Under the pieces are notes generated by a model. The model saw nothing but the letters and a program-made list of their open reading frames with translations. It ran no database searches and was not told the origin of the DNA. Positions 43,619-54,078 of a DNA stretch of 64,000 nucleotides are shown piece after piece. Source of the DNA: an uncultured bacterium (GTDB lineage Bacteria > Myxococcota_A > UBA796 > CAJQPC01); contig CAJQPC010000032.1 of assembly GCA_905480105.1 (NCBI GenBank), positions 827 through 64,826 of the forward strand, read 5' to 3'. Made by a program: the position numbers and the translations under genes. Every line of letters begins with the position of its first letter. Position 1 is the stretch's first letter.

Positions 43619-44956
43619 ATGTTCCTCTCTCTCCTCGCCTGCCTGACGGCTCCCTCCGAGACCCAGGCCCAAGACCCAGAGGCCCACTACCAAGCAGGTG
43701 TGGCGGCGCTTCAGGCCAAGCAAGCGGAGACGGCCAAGACCGAGCTGAGCGCCTGCGTGGCAGTGGATCCAAATCGGGTGGACTGTCAGTGGGAGCTGGG
43801 CTGGGCGAACTGGTTGCTGGCGGACTGGGAGGGCACGGTAGAGGCGTGGAATCAGGTCAAGACCCTGGATCCCAGCCACGCCCAGGTGGATCAATACCTG
43901 CCCACAGCCAAGGGTCACCTGGCGACCCAGGCCATGGTCGCCAAAGCCGCGGAAGGGGCCCCCACCACTCTGGGTGCAGGCGTGGCACAAGGCACAACGG
44001 TGCGCCTTCGTGCAGTCGGTGATGTGATGTTGGGCACAGATTTCCCCAAGGGCAAGCTGCCTCCAAACGACGGGGCCAACCTCTTGGATGCCGTGGGCCC
44101 GATGCTCCAGGATGCCGACCTGACCTTCGTGAACTTGGAGGGACCGCTGTGTGATGGCGGCAAGACCACCAAGTGCGGCTCGGGCAGCAACTGCTACGCC
44201 TTCCGCAGCCCCACCCGCTACGGCGACTACCTCTCCCAGTGGGGGGTGGACATGGCCAGCACGGCCAACAACCACGCCAGCGACTTTGGGGAATTTTGCC
44301 GCATAGAGACCGAGAAGACCTTGGACGGTCTGGGCATCGCCTACTCCGGACGCCCCGGAACCGTGGCGAGTGTGGAATCCAATGGACTGCGCATCGCGAT
44401 GTTGGGCTTTCACACCAGTAAATCCGGACACTATGTCAACGACCATGATGCAGCTGCCGAGTTGGTCAAGGCGGTAGACAAGACCCACGATCTGGTCATC
44501 GTCAGCTTTCATGGTGGGGCCGAGGGCTCCAAGGCCCTGCATGTGCCCTACGGCACCGAAAAATTTTACGGCGAGAACCGCGGGCACCTGCGGGAGTTCA
44601 CCCATGTCGTGGTGGACGCCGGAGCGGACCTTGTGCTGGGGCATGGCCCCCACGTTCCCCGGGCGATGGAGATCTACAATGACCGGCTCATCGCCTACAG
44701 TCTGGGCAACTTTGCCACCTACGGACGCTTCAACCTGAGCGGCTATCTGGGAGTAGGCCTGGTCTTGGACGTGACCTTGGATGCGGAAGGAAAGTTCGTC
44801 TCGGGCCAGATCCTGCCGACCAAGCAGATCGGCGAGGGCGTCCCGGAACCGGATCCCGACAACAAGGCGGTGGACTTGATCCGCAAGCTGTCCAAGGAGG
44901 ATTTCCCGGCCACCGGGGTCCAGGTCGCTCAGGACGGCACGCTGGGTCAAAAGTGA
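43619..44956 (+). CDS. CapA/PGA_cap-family metallophosphatase-fold lipoprotein with N-terminal TPR-like segment
   Basis: MFLSLLACLT lipobox. LRAVGDVMLGTDFP, DLTFVNLEGPL, ANNHASDFG, SFHGGAEG and VLGHGPHV motifs. Confidence 0.75.
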   Translation: MFLSLLACLTAPSETQAQDPEAHYQAGVAALQAKQAETAKTELSACVAVDPNRVDCQWELGWANWLLADWEGTVEAWNQVKTLDPSHAQVDQYLPTAKGHLATQAMVAKAAEGAPTTLGAGVAQGTTVRLRAVGDVMLGTDFPKGKLPPNDGANLLDAVGPMLQDADLTFVNLEGPLCDGGKTTKCGSGSNCYAFRSPTRYGDYLSQWGVDMASTANNHASDFGEFCRIETEKTLDGLGIAYSGRPGTVASVESNGLRIAMLGFHTSKSGHYVNDHDAAAELVKAVDKTHDLVIVSFHGGAEGSKALHVPYGTEKFYGENRGHLREFTHVVVDAGADLVLGHGPHVPRAMEIYNDRLIAYSLGNFATYGRFNLSGYLGVGLVLDVTLDAEGKFVSGQILPTKQIGEGVPEPDPDNKAVDLIRKLSKEDFPATGVQVAQDGTLGQK

Positions 44957-45936
44957 ACAGGCTGGTTCTGGCAGGGTCCGGCAAAGGTGGATGGGCTTAC
45001 GCTTTGCATGTAGGCGGCCAAGTGGTCGCCGAAGATTCAGGCGGTCGAGCCGGAGCCAGCTCCTGGGCGATGATGTGTGAGGCTTTGATCGCAGCAGTGC
45101 CCAAGTTGCCCGCTGGCCAAACCCTCGTGCTCGCCCGAAACGACGCGTTCCATTCTCTGGTTCACCGCATCGTGGCCGGCGACAAGGTCACCAAATCCCA
45201 GGCCAGCCGCCGACTGATCGAAGCTCTGGAGCACAAGCGGGACAGCGGCACCTACCCGCCCAACCAGGGCAAAGCTCTGGACCTGGTATGCACGGACATT
45301 GAGAAGACCGAGCCGGACTACAAGGCGGTCAAAGAAGCGGCGATGGCCGCTGCACCGCCTCCGGGCACGGCAAAGGAAGCACCGCCCTTGGGAGAGGTGC
45401 CCATGCTGGCCGACACCCAGGTATGGATCTGGACCGACGGGGGCTGCAGACAAGCCGCTGGCGTGGGCGGCTGGGGGACGATGATTGTGCATGCGGCGAG
45501 CGGCGCGACCCTGGAGCTGTGGGGTGGCACCCAGGACACCACCAACAACCGCATGGAGATGATGGCAGTGATCCAGGGTTTGGACGCCTTGAGTCAGCCC
45601 ACCCACGTTGAGTTGCGGGTGGACAGCACCTACGTGAGAAATGTGGCCACAAAGTGGGCACACGCCTGGAAGCAGAACGGCTGGCGCAAGCGCGATGGCG
45701 AGCCGGTGAAGAACCAAGACCTGGTCGCCGAGCTGGACCGCGCCCTGACCCCGCACAAGGTGGTCTGGACCTGGGTCAAGGGACATGCAGGCGAGCCGGG
45801 CAACACCCGGGTGGATGGCCTGTGTGGGCGTGCGATGGAGGCGCTGCTTCGCGGGGAGGAGCCGGCTGGGCAGGAGCGACACAAGGCGCCGCCAGTGGTG
45901 TTGCCGGATCGGGTCAGCCCAGCACCCCCGACATGA
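44953..45936 (+). CDS. rnhA: Ribonuclease HI with an N-terminal degenerate RNase H-like domain
   Basis: The C-terminal half has VWIWTDGGC...TTNNRMEMMAV...VDSTYV...WVKGHAGEPGNTRVD. The N-terminal half (LVLAGSGKGGWAYAL...MMCEALIAA...LVLARNDAF) mimics the same fold without the first catalytic Asp. GTGA overlap with the capA-like gene. Confidence 0.8.
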   Translation: MNRLVLAGSGKGGWAYALHVGGQVVAEDSGGRAGASSWAMMCEALIAAVPKLPAGQTLVLARNDAFHSLVHRIVAGDKVTKSQASRRLIEALEHKRDSGTYPPNQGKALDLVCTDIEKTEPDYKAVKEAAMAAAPPPGTAKEAPPLGEVPMLADTQVWIWTDGGCRQAAGVGGWGTMIVHAASGATLELWGGTQDTTNNRMEMMAVIQGLDALSQPTHVELRVDSTYVRNVATKWAHAWKQNGWRKRDGEPVKNQDLVAELDRALTPHKVVWTWVKGHAGEPGNTRVDGLCGRAMEALLRGEEPAGQERHKAPPVVLPDRVSPAPPT

Positions 45937-46952
45937 TCCTGCTCGCTCTTCTCCTCGCTGCGGCTCCAGGCCCACGCAGTCCTGCGGGTACAGCCCAAGA
46001 AGAGCTGGGCGTGGCCGAGAGTGCTGTCCAGCCAAAAGGGGCAGCCCTACTGCTGCGAATGGGACGCTTTGTTCAAGCGGAAGCAGCACTGTCCTGGATC
46101 TCGGAACCCAGTCCCTTACAGGAGGTTCAACGCTTCCGAGCGCTGCTGGGTATGGGCCAGTGTAGGGAGAGTGAGGCCATGCTTTCTTCCCTGACTCTCT
46201 CGCAGCAAACCGCCACGCTGTACCAGGGCCTGGCCACCTGCTTTGCCCACCACAAGCAGTGGCACCGCTCGGCCGAGTGGCTGAGCCAGGCCGAGCTCCA
46301 AGGTGGTCAGCTCAAGCCAGACCAGACAGCCCTTCTCTGGTTGATGCTGTCCCGGGCTGGGCAGAACAAGGCAGCAGCAGGGGTCGCGCAGCAGGCGGTG
46401 GACCGGTCGCCGCTTCACGAACGGATCCAGCTGATGCGGGCCAAGCGCGCAGTGGACTTGGGGGATGTGGAGGCGGTAGACGCGGCCTTGTGGACTCTCC
46501 TCTTGGCCGCCCAAGACCGCGCGGAGATGCACTTGCTCAACGCCCAACTCGAGCTCGATCTAGGCAACCTGGCCGCCGCTGAGAACCATGCCAAGGCGGC
46601 GATACAGGCCGGAACCCAAGATGATGTGCGGGCCATGGCGCTGCTTGCCGAGTCACGCCGGCGAATGGGGTGGTCCTTTGGAGCGGCCATGGCCCTGAAG
46701 CGCAAACCCCTGTTGGTGGCCCATCACCCCCGCCTGCGTGCGGTGGCCATCCGCGTCTCGGTCGACCGCGGGGACCTGGAGAGCGCCAAGCGCATGCTTC
46801 AGGCGGGTCTGGACGCAGGATTTGCCGACGCCGAGCTCTACGCTAGCGCCTGGTACCTACACGCGCAGCTGAACGATGGCCAAGCAGACACCTGGGCCCT
46901 ACGGTGGTCGCAAATCAACGAATCCCAGCTGCGCTCTCTACAGCAGCTGTGA
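45933..46952 (+). CDS. Secreted TPR-repeat protein
   Basis: Signal peptide MILLALLLAAAPG. Helical Ala/Leu repeats. ATGA overlap with rnhA. Confidence 0.6.
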   Translation: MILLALLLAAAPGPRSPAGTAQEELGVAESAVQPKGAALLLRMGRFVQAEAALSWISEPSPLQEVQRFRALLGMGQCRESEAMLSSLTLSQQTATLYQGLATCFAHHKQWHRSAEWLSQAELQGGQLKPDQTALLWLMLSRAGQNKAAAGVAQQAVDRSPLHERIQLMRAKRAVDLGDVEAVDAALWTLLLAAQDRAEMHLLNAQLELDLGNLAAAENHAKAAIQAGTQDDVRAMALLAESRRRMGWSFGAAMALKRKPLLVAHHPRLRAVAIRVSVDRGDLESAKRMLQAGLDAGFADAELYASAWYLHAQLNDGQADTWALRWSQINESQLRSLQQL

Positions 46953-47038
46953 TCTTTGGGAGCAACTGTGATCCTCGGAAGCAGGGCGGGTCGGTTAGCA
47001 CGTGGTCCCGACATTCCCTGCCCCAGCCCGGAGAGACC

Positions 47039-48301
<1,263 letters not shown>

Positions 48302-48437
48302 TCTCCCCTCTCTCACCTGCTGTTGACGCTGCCCCTGGCCCGTGCTACCTCACGCGCCCCAAAACAACAGGGTTCGCTTCGACACCGTCTCATCTCGGCA
48401 TCCTCGAAGCCCCCCATCAGCCCGGCCCAAAAGCAAG

Positions 48438-48830
48438 ATGCTGAACACCCAAACCATTCTTCGAGACAGCGCCATCGTGCTGGCCCTGATGCTGGTTGGT
48501 GCAGGTATTTACGGTGGTTGGGACGGTCTGCAGACCCCCGCACTGGCCGTGCTGGGCGGTGGACTTCTCGGAGGGGTCAACCTCTTCTTGATTGCGCGCG
48601 TCGTTGCACGACTGGCTGCAGCCGCCACAAGCGAGAACAGCCCATCGGCTGGTCCCATCCTGGCGGGATTACTGGCCAAGACCGTGATCACCGCAGCGCT
48701 GCTCTTCGCAATGTTCCAGTTCCTGAATGGAATTTGGATCATGGTCGGCTTGGGCGCCGTTGTCCTGTCCCTCTCCGTGCGCAGCATCGCGCAGCTCTTC
48801 GCAGCTCCCGACACGGCCCAGGAGGCCTGA
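48438..48830 (+). CDS. atpI: ATP synthase protein I-like small membrane protein
   Basis: 130 aa with 4 hydrophobic helices, directly upstream of atpB. Assigned by position and topology only. Confidence 0.55.
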   Translation: MLNTQTILRDSAIVLALMLVGAGIYGGWDGLQTPALAVLGGGLLGGVNLFLIARVVARLAAAATSENSPSAGPILAGLLAKTVITAALLFAMFQFLNGIWIMVGLGAVVLSLSVRSIAQLFAAPDTAQEA

Positions 48831-48832
48831 GC

Positions 48833-49600
48833 ATGTACAACTTTTCCTGGTTCTTCCTGCTCCCTGGCGTTGAAAAGGGCGAGCTGCTAAGCGCCATCGG
48901 CGTTGGAGAGGCCGAAGCGGCTGGCGAATACGCCGTGTACACCGCTTGGCTGGTCTTTGTGATCATCGCTGTGTTCGCCTTGGTCGCCCGTATGGGCCTG
49001 ACCAAGGCAACCACCAAGGGCGGCACCCTGCAATACGTGCCCGCCTCCAACTTGGGCCCACGCAACGTGGCCGAGCTGCTGATCGACGGCATCTTGAACT
49101 TCGCAGAAGGCGTGCTGAACTCCCGGGACCTGGCCAAGCGCTACTTCCCGCTCTTCGGCAGCATCTTTGTGTACGTGCTCGTCTCGAACCTCCTGGGTCT
49201 GGTACCTGGCTTTTTGGCCAGCACTGGCGTGATCAGCACGAACTTCGCGGTCGCCCTGGTGGTGTTCGTGATGTTCAACTACGCGGGCATCAAAGAGATC
49301 GGCATCAAGGCCTACTTGGCGCACATGGCCGGCCCCATGCTGGCGCTGATGCCCTTCATCTTCGCGGTCGAGTTCTTCTCGGTGTTGCTGCGTCCCCTGA
49401 CCCTGTCGGTGCGACTCTACATCAACATGTTCGCCGACCACCTCCTGCTCGGTGTCTCCACCGTGCTGACCAACGGCATTCTGGCTCCGGCCATGTTTGT
49501 CGGCCTGGGCACTTTCGTGTCCTTCGTTCAAGCCTTTGTGTTCATGCTGTTGACCGTTGTTTACATCGCCCTCGCCGTCGGCGACGGCGACCACCACTGA
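48833..49600 (+). CDS. atpB: F0F1 ATP synthase subunit a
   Basis: LRPLTLSVRLYINMFADH contains the essential Arg. 5-6 TM helices. GGAGG upstream of the ATG at 48833. Confidence 0.9.
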   Translation: MYNFSWFFLLPGVEKGELLSAIGVGEAEAAGEYAVYTAWLVFVIIAVFALVARMGLTKATTKGGTLQYVPASNLGPRNVAELLIDGILNFAEGVLNSRDLAKRYFPLFGSIFVYVLVSNLLGLVPGFLASTGVISTNFAVALVVFVMFNYAGIKEIGIKAYLAHMAGPMLALMPFIFAVEFFSVLLRPLTLSVRLYINMFADHLLLGVSTVLTNGILAPAMFVGLGTFVSFVQAFVFMLLTVVYIALAVGDGDHH

Positions 49601-49657
49601 TTTTCCACAAACCCCTTTTTCTGACTCAGCTTGTCTGACGTTGACCCTGGAGAGACC

Positions 49658-49975
49658 ATGCAGTCCAAGTCCCTGAAGGTCGCCGCTGTCGCGGTCGCCC
49701 TCTTCCTCGTGTCCACCCCCGCCTTTGCAGAAGGAGCCGCCGCTTCCGGTGGAACCGGTTGGGGCGTCTTTGGCGCCGTTCTCGGCATGGGCATCGCCGC
49801 TGGCATCTGTGGCATGGGCCAAGGCCGCGCTGCTGCTGCAGCCCTCGAGGGCATCGCCCGCAACCCCCAAGCTGCTGGCAAGATCCAGACCCCAATGCTG
49901 ATCGCCCTGGTCTTCATTGAGACCCTGGTGCTCTTCACATTCGGCTTTGGCTACCTGGCCCTGGCAGCCCTCTAA
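49658..49975 (+). CDS. atpE: F0F1 ATP synthase subunit c with N-terminal signal-like extension
   Basis: GMGQGRAAAAALEGIARNP...LIALVFIETLVLF hairpin with the carboxylate Glu. Preceded by MQSKSLKVAAVAVALFLVSTPAFA. Confidence 0.9.
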   Translation: MQSKSLKVAAVAVALFLVSTPAFAEGAAASGGTGWGVFGAVLGMGIAAGICGMGQGRAAAAALEGIARNPQAAGKIQTPMLIALVFIETLVLFTFGFGYLALAAL

Positions 49976-49996
49976 GGGTTCCTGGCCAACGCCAAC

Positions 49997-50031
49997 AAAA
50001 AGGCTCCCGGGGACTCCCCGGGAGCCTTTTT
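49997..50031 (+). terminator. Rho-independent terminator (A-tract/T-tract symmetric, potentially bidirectional)
   Basis: aaaa-aggctcccggg-gactc-cccgggagcct-tttt. 11-bp perfect GC-rich stem followed by a T-run, 22 nt after the atpE stop. Confidence 0.85.
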
Positions 50032-50111
50032 GCGTTCTGGCGCAAGCACCCTTGGTGTATCTATGCCCGGAAAGCGCTACATTGGCGCCATCACCGATCT
50101 GGAGTCCTGCC

Positions 50112-50930
50112 ATGCTGCTGTTGACCACCCTTCTCGCTTGTGGCGACAAGAACACCGAGCCTGCTCCTCCTCCAGTGGGCTGGCACGCCGAAGAGGGATG
50201 GTCTGCGCAGTGCTACTTCCCACCCGACTACGAAAGCATCCAGACCAACGAGGGGACGTCGGCCCGCAGGCTCGCCCGTCAAGAGACCTTGGAGTCGATG
50301 ATCAGCCAATGGAAGGGTGAGCGCCAAGACGGCGTATCCTTTCCAAGTAGGTTCCACGAAGACGTGGAGACCACCCTGCTCGGCCGTCCCGACGCAATCG
50401 AGTCCGTCGGCGCCAAGAACCTGGCGTTCTGCAAGGACGTCATGGCTCAGGGCGCCCCGATTGACGCCTGGAAGTCCTGGCTGAGTCAGCTCCCAGATCA
50501 GCTGACCGATGGTGAGTGTCTGGTCCCCCTGCAAGACACTTGGTTTGACTACTTGGACGTGGGCGCGGGTTGGCAGGTGGGCGTCCCCGTCTGTGCCGGC
50601 GACAATGTACGCATCTCGGGAACCACCCAAGACAAATACCGCATCGCCAGAGAAGGCGACTGGATCACCGTCCAGGGCAACGGCATGGCCCCTGCCGAAG
50701 ACGCGCCGTGCCAGCTCGAAGGCTGCACCGGCGGCATGTTGGTGGGTCGCTTCACGAGCGAGGACGGCGCCGAAGAGGTCTTCCCCATCGGCTCGGAGAC
50801 GGTGTTCACACCAACCGCACATGGCCGCGTCTCGGTCACCGTCAACGACTCCACTTACTTTGACAACATCTACTTCCAGTCGGGTAGCATCACCGACCAC
50901 ACCGGCATTACCATCAGCCCGGTCGAGTAA
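50112..50930 (+). CDS. Hypothetical lipoprotein
   Basis: MLLLTTLLACGD lipobox. No recognised domain. Confidence 0.6.
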   Translation: MLLLTTLLACGDKNTEPAPPPVGWHAEEGWSAQCYFPPDYESIQTNEGTSARRLARQETLESMISQWKGERQDGVSFPSRFHEDVETTLLGRPDAIESVGAKNLAFCKDVMAQGAPIDAWKSWLSQLPDQLTDGECLVPLQDTWFDYLDVGAGWQVGVPVCAGDNVRISGTTQDKYRIAREGDWITVQGNGMAPAEDAPCQLEGCTGGMLVGRFTSEDGAEEVFPIGSETVFTPTAHGRVSVTVNDSTYFDNIYFQSGSITDHTGITISPVE

Positions 50931-50944
50931 AGGAAAGGCGCTGC

Positions 50945-51925
50945 TTGGAGCACCTCAAGCGCATTGTTTTTGCGAGCATTGCTGTTCTCCTGTTCTTCGG
51001 GGGGGCCGAGGTACTCCTGCGCGTGATGGATTTTCCGGCCCAAGACGAGCGGCCCACCTTTGAACACAACAGCGTGTACTGGCAGGTGGATCCGAGTTTG
51101 AACGAACAGCCCATGACCCACAAGGAGCTGCGCAGCACCTTCGCGGTGAGCACCGACAGCAATGGCTTCCGGCCGCCCCACGGCGAGCCGGCCCCGCAGA
51201 CTTTTCGTATCGCTGCAATGGGCTGCAGCACCACCTTCGGCTGGGGTGTGGCTGACGAGGATACCTATCCTGCGCAGCTCCAGGCCATCCTGCATGAGCG
51301 TGGCTACCCCAGCGTCCAGGTGCTCAACGCCGGCCAGCCTGGCTACACCAGCTTTCAGGGCCTGTGGTTGTGGGACCAGGGCCTGGATCAAATGGACATA
51401 GACTTGGTCCTGGCGGGCTTTGTTGTCCAGGATGCCCGCGAGGTAGCCTACAGCGACAAGTCCCAGGCAATGATGCAGGGCGAAGCTGATTTTCTAAAAT
51501 CCAACCTACTCTACAAGTGGCGCATGTACCAGATGCTCCAGACCAGCATGGGGGCCGTTCAGACCCGGGCCAAGGAACACGGCAGCATCCACAGGGTCCC
51601 CGAAGCAGAGTTCCTGGAAAACCTTCGTGCGCTGCGAGCCAAGATCCAGTCCAGCGGCGGGGAGATCGCCCACTTCGGCTACCCCTTGGAGGTGGCCGGC
51701 TACACCGAAGCCCATCGCCGCCTGCTGCGCCTGGAAGCTCAAGACAAGGGCCTGGCCCACTTTGACCCCAGTGAGCAGATCGCTGCCCGGGTCCGCGCCG
51801 GAGAGCCCCTCTACTTCGCCCCCAAAGACCCCGGCCACGCCAACGCCGCCGGAAACCGCGCCATCGCCGAGTTGGTGGCAGACTGGCTGATCTCAGAACA
51901 GCTGATTCCCAAGGAGACGCAATGA
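50945..51925 (+). CDS. SGNH/GDSL-like hydrolase with N-terminal membrane anchor
   Basis: Block I-like FRIAAMGCSTTFGWG. Block V-like DPGHANAAGNRAIAE. TTG start, so the start has low confidence. Confidence 0.6.
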   Translation: MEHLKRIVFASIAVLLFFGGAEVLLRVMDFPAQDERPTFEHNSVYWQVDPSLNEQPMTHKELRSTFAVSTDSNGFRPPHGEPAPQTFRIAAMGCSTTFGWGVADEDTYPAQLQAILHERGYPSVQVLNAGQPGYTSFQGLWLWDQGLDQMDIDLVLAGFVVQDAREVAYSDKSQAMMQGEADFLKSNLLYKWRMYQMLQTSMGAVQTRAKEHGSIHRVPEAEFLENLRALRAKIQSSGGEIAHFGYPLEVAGYTEAHRRLLRLEAQDKGLAHFDPSEQIAARVRAGEPLYFAPKDPGHANAAGNRAIAELVADWLISEQLIPKETQ

Positions 51926-52644
51926 GCGCCCCCCGCGATTGCTGCCTTGTGCTTCTGGTCCTAAACGAGATCAACGGCCTGAAAGACTGCTGGGACAAGC
52001 TGCCCTTGGACCGCTTTACCGAGGTCTTGGCCGTGGATGGAGGATCGACCGATGGGAGCCGAGAGTTCCTCAGCGAACATGGCATCCCGATCTTGGACCA
52101 GAGTATCCCCGGCCGCGGGGTAGCCTTCCGAGTCGCAGCCGAGGCCAGCCGGGCCGAGCGCATGGTCTTTTACTCCCCAGATGGAAACGAGGACCCAGCA
52201 GACATTGAGCGCTTGGACGACCTACTGCTCCAAGGGGCCCGCCTGTCCATCGCCAGCCGCTTCGCCGACGGCTCGGTAAACGAGGAGGACATCTCCCCCT
52301 TCCGGCCCCGCTCCTGGGCCAACCAGGCCCTCACCCGCATCGCCAACCAGTGCTTCAACAGCGGGCAGCCCTACGTCACCGACACCATCAATGGTTTTCG
52401 GGCGTTGCGGCGCGCGGATCTCTTGGCCCTGCACACGTCGGTCAAGCGCTTTCCCATCGAGTACCAGATCAGTATTCGGGCCCTACAGCGTGGCTGGCCC
52501 ATCGCAGAACTGGCCACCGAAGAAGGTCAACGGGTGGGTGGCGAATCCAAGGCTCTGAGCTGGCCCGTGGGCAAAGACCACCTAAAGGTGCTGCTCTCTG
52601 AGCTCCCCCGAGCCAAGTGGTGGCAGGGAAACAAGCGCGCGTGA
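51922..52644 (+). CDS. Family 2 glycosyltransferase
   Basis: LVLLVLNEINGL...AVDGGSTDGS...SPDGNEDP (DxD-like) motifs. ATGA overlap with the upstream gene. Confidence 0.8.
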   Translation: MSAPRDCCLVLLVLNEINGLKDCWDKLPLDRFTEVLAVDGGSTDGSREFLSEHGIPILDQSIPGRGVAFRVAAEASRAERMVFYSPDGNEDPADIERLDDLLLQGARLSIASRFADGSVNEEDISPFRPRSWANQALTRIANQCFNSGQPYVTDTINGFRALRRADLLALHTSVKRFPIEYQISIRALQRGWPIAELATEEGQRVGGESKALSWPVGKDHLKVLLSELPRAKWWQGNKRA

Positions 52645-53735
52645 GCCTGTTCCTGCTGTCACTGAGCCTCTACGGATCTGAGTGGGTGGGTCCGGCAAGC
52701 CACCGGGGCCTGGAGATGCTCGTGGGTCCCCAAGCGGACTCCCTGTCCCAGTGCCACGAGACCTACGCACCATCCGTGTTCTACGGGGCCACCCTGGAGT
52801 TTCGAGCCAAGCGCGGTCGGGTGCGACGGGTGCGGGTGCGCCAAGCCAATCAGGACCTACCAGAGCTCGAGCGCTGTCTGCGCCAGGCGGCCGGCCGCTG
52901 GCGCGTATCGGAGACGGTGGATGCAAGCCTGAGCTGGCCGGTGGTGCTGCTGCCCGCAGACGCCACGCTGGCAGGAGAACAGCCCAGCCTGACCTTGGGG
53001 CAGGAAGGGGTCTTTGCGGCGGCACTGCAGGGCGCGCTGCAAGAGCAGGCGGCCGGTTTGGGGGATGGGGTCCTGGTGCTCCAGGTCGACATCGCCGACA
53101 GCAAGCTACAAGCCAAGCCTCTGCGGGACACCAGCGCAGATCAGAGCCTGAGCACTGCGTTGATTGCGCCCCTGGCGTGGACTGCGGCGCCCGATGACCT
53201 GGCTCTAAACGGGCTTCGGGTGGTGGTCACTGGGACTGAGATGCCAACGGGACGGGCGCCGCGTGACCGGGAAATCCAATCTTGCTTGACCCAAGAGAAG
53301 AGCATCTTGAACCTGGTTCTTCTGCGAGGACGGGTGTTGGCCAGCTGGGGGGATGACTGCTTGGCAGACAAAGCCCTGGCGTGGCAGATGGATCCGGCTC
53401 TGACAGGCACTCTGCGATGGGCGCTGGCAACGCCCCCCACCCCCAACACCGCAGCCACGGATCTCCCGGTCTGGAAAGCGGGCGAGACCGGCGATCTGAC
53501 TGCCCAGCTCAGCCAGCAGATGGCCTACTACCGCACCCGTGGTCTCAGCTGCTTTGAGCAGCCCGGCAGCGTGGTCATCGCCGTGGATGTGGTGCGCGGC
53601 GAGAGCCAGAACCCCCGCATTGTGGACGGACAAGTGCCCCCACAGGCACAGAGTTGCCTTCTGACACAAGCGCTTGCGTGGACCTGGCCCCTGGACGTTC
53701 AAGGAGAACGGCGGATCAAGGTCAACGGACCATAA
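52641..53735 (+). CDS. Hypothetical secreted protein
   Basis: GTGA overlap with the GT2 gene. Hydrophobic N-terminus SLFLLSLSLYG. No recognised motif. Confidence 0.5.
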   Translation: MSLFLLSLSLYGSEWVGPASHRGLEMLVGPQADSLSQCHETYAPSVFYGATLEFRAKRGRVRRVRVRQANQDLPELERCLRQAAGRWRVSETVDASLSWPVVLLPADATLAGEQPSLTLGQEGVFAAALQGALQEQAAGLGDGVLVLQVDIADSKLQAKPLRDTSADQSLSTALIAPLAWTAAPDDLALNGLRVVVTGTEMPTGRAPRDREIQSCLTQEKSILNLVLLRGRVLASWGDDCLADKALAWQMDPALTGTLRWALATPPTPNTAATDLPVWKAGETGDLTAQLSQQMAYYRTRGLSCFEQPGSVVIAVDVVRGESQNPRIVDGQVPPQAQSCLLTQALAWTWPLDVQGERRIKVNGP

Positions 53736-53775
53736 GGCTTGATTAGAAGCGTGCCGCATCCTTCGGTTTAGGGGC

Positions 53776-54078
53776 TCAGCTCGACTTTTGTTCCAGCTTC
53801 TCCCGCTGCGAAGCCTTTCGCAGGCTACCCGCTACCAGGATGAAGTTGAGCGCGATGATGTGAAAGACCAGCTCGCTGAGGTCCGCCTCTCGGGCGCTGC
53901 GCTCAAACAGGCCCCAAGCCACCCCAGCAGCCCGAGCACCGACCACAAAGAACAGCAGGGCCATGATGGGTCCAGCATTGCCCAGCGGCACCTTTCGCTT
54001 GTGATACTGCAGCCACACCACAACCTGACAGGCAATGGCCAGGCCCAAGGCCAGCAGCTCTTCCCAGCCATAGACCAT
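53776..54078 (-). CDS. Small 3-TM membrane protein
   Basis: Starts MVYGWEELLALGLAIACQVVVWL. Its ATG shares 1 nt with the upstream TGA (TGATG). Confidence 0.5.
   Translation of the reverse strand: MVYGWEELLALGLAIACQVVVWLQYHKRKVPLGNAGPIMALLFFVVGARAAGVAWGLFERSAREADLSELVFHIIALNFILVAGSLRKASQREKLEQKSS

Noticed and set aside
48323-48351. Sigma70-like promoter for the atp genes (TTGACG-17 nt-TACCTC)
   Set aside because: The -35 box is good, but the -10 matches TATAAT at only 3 of 6 positions. That is too weak to annotate without 5'-end data.
49658-49975. Na+-specific c subunit
   Set aside because: The Gln (GQG) and Glu-Thr (IETL) are present, but the following Thr and Tyr of the Na+ motif are not (L and F instead). 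Ion specificity cannot be called from this.
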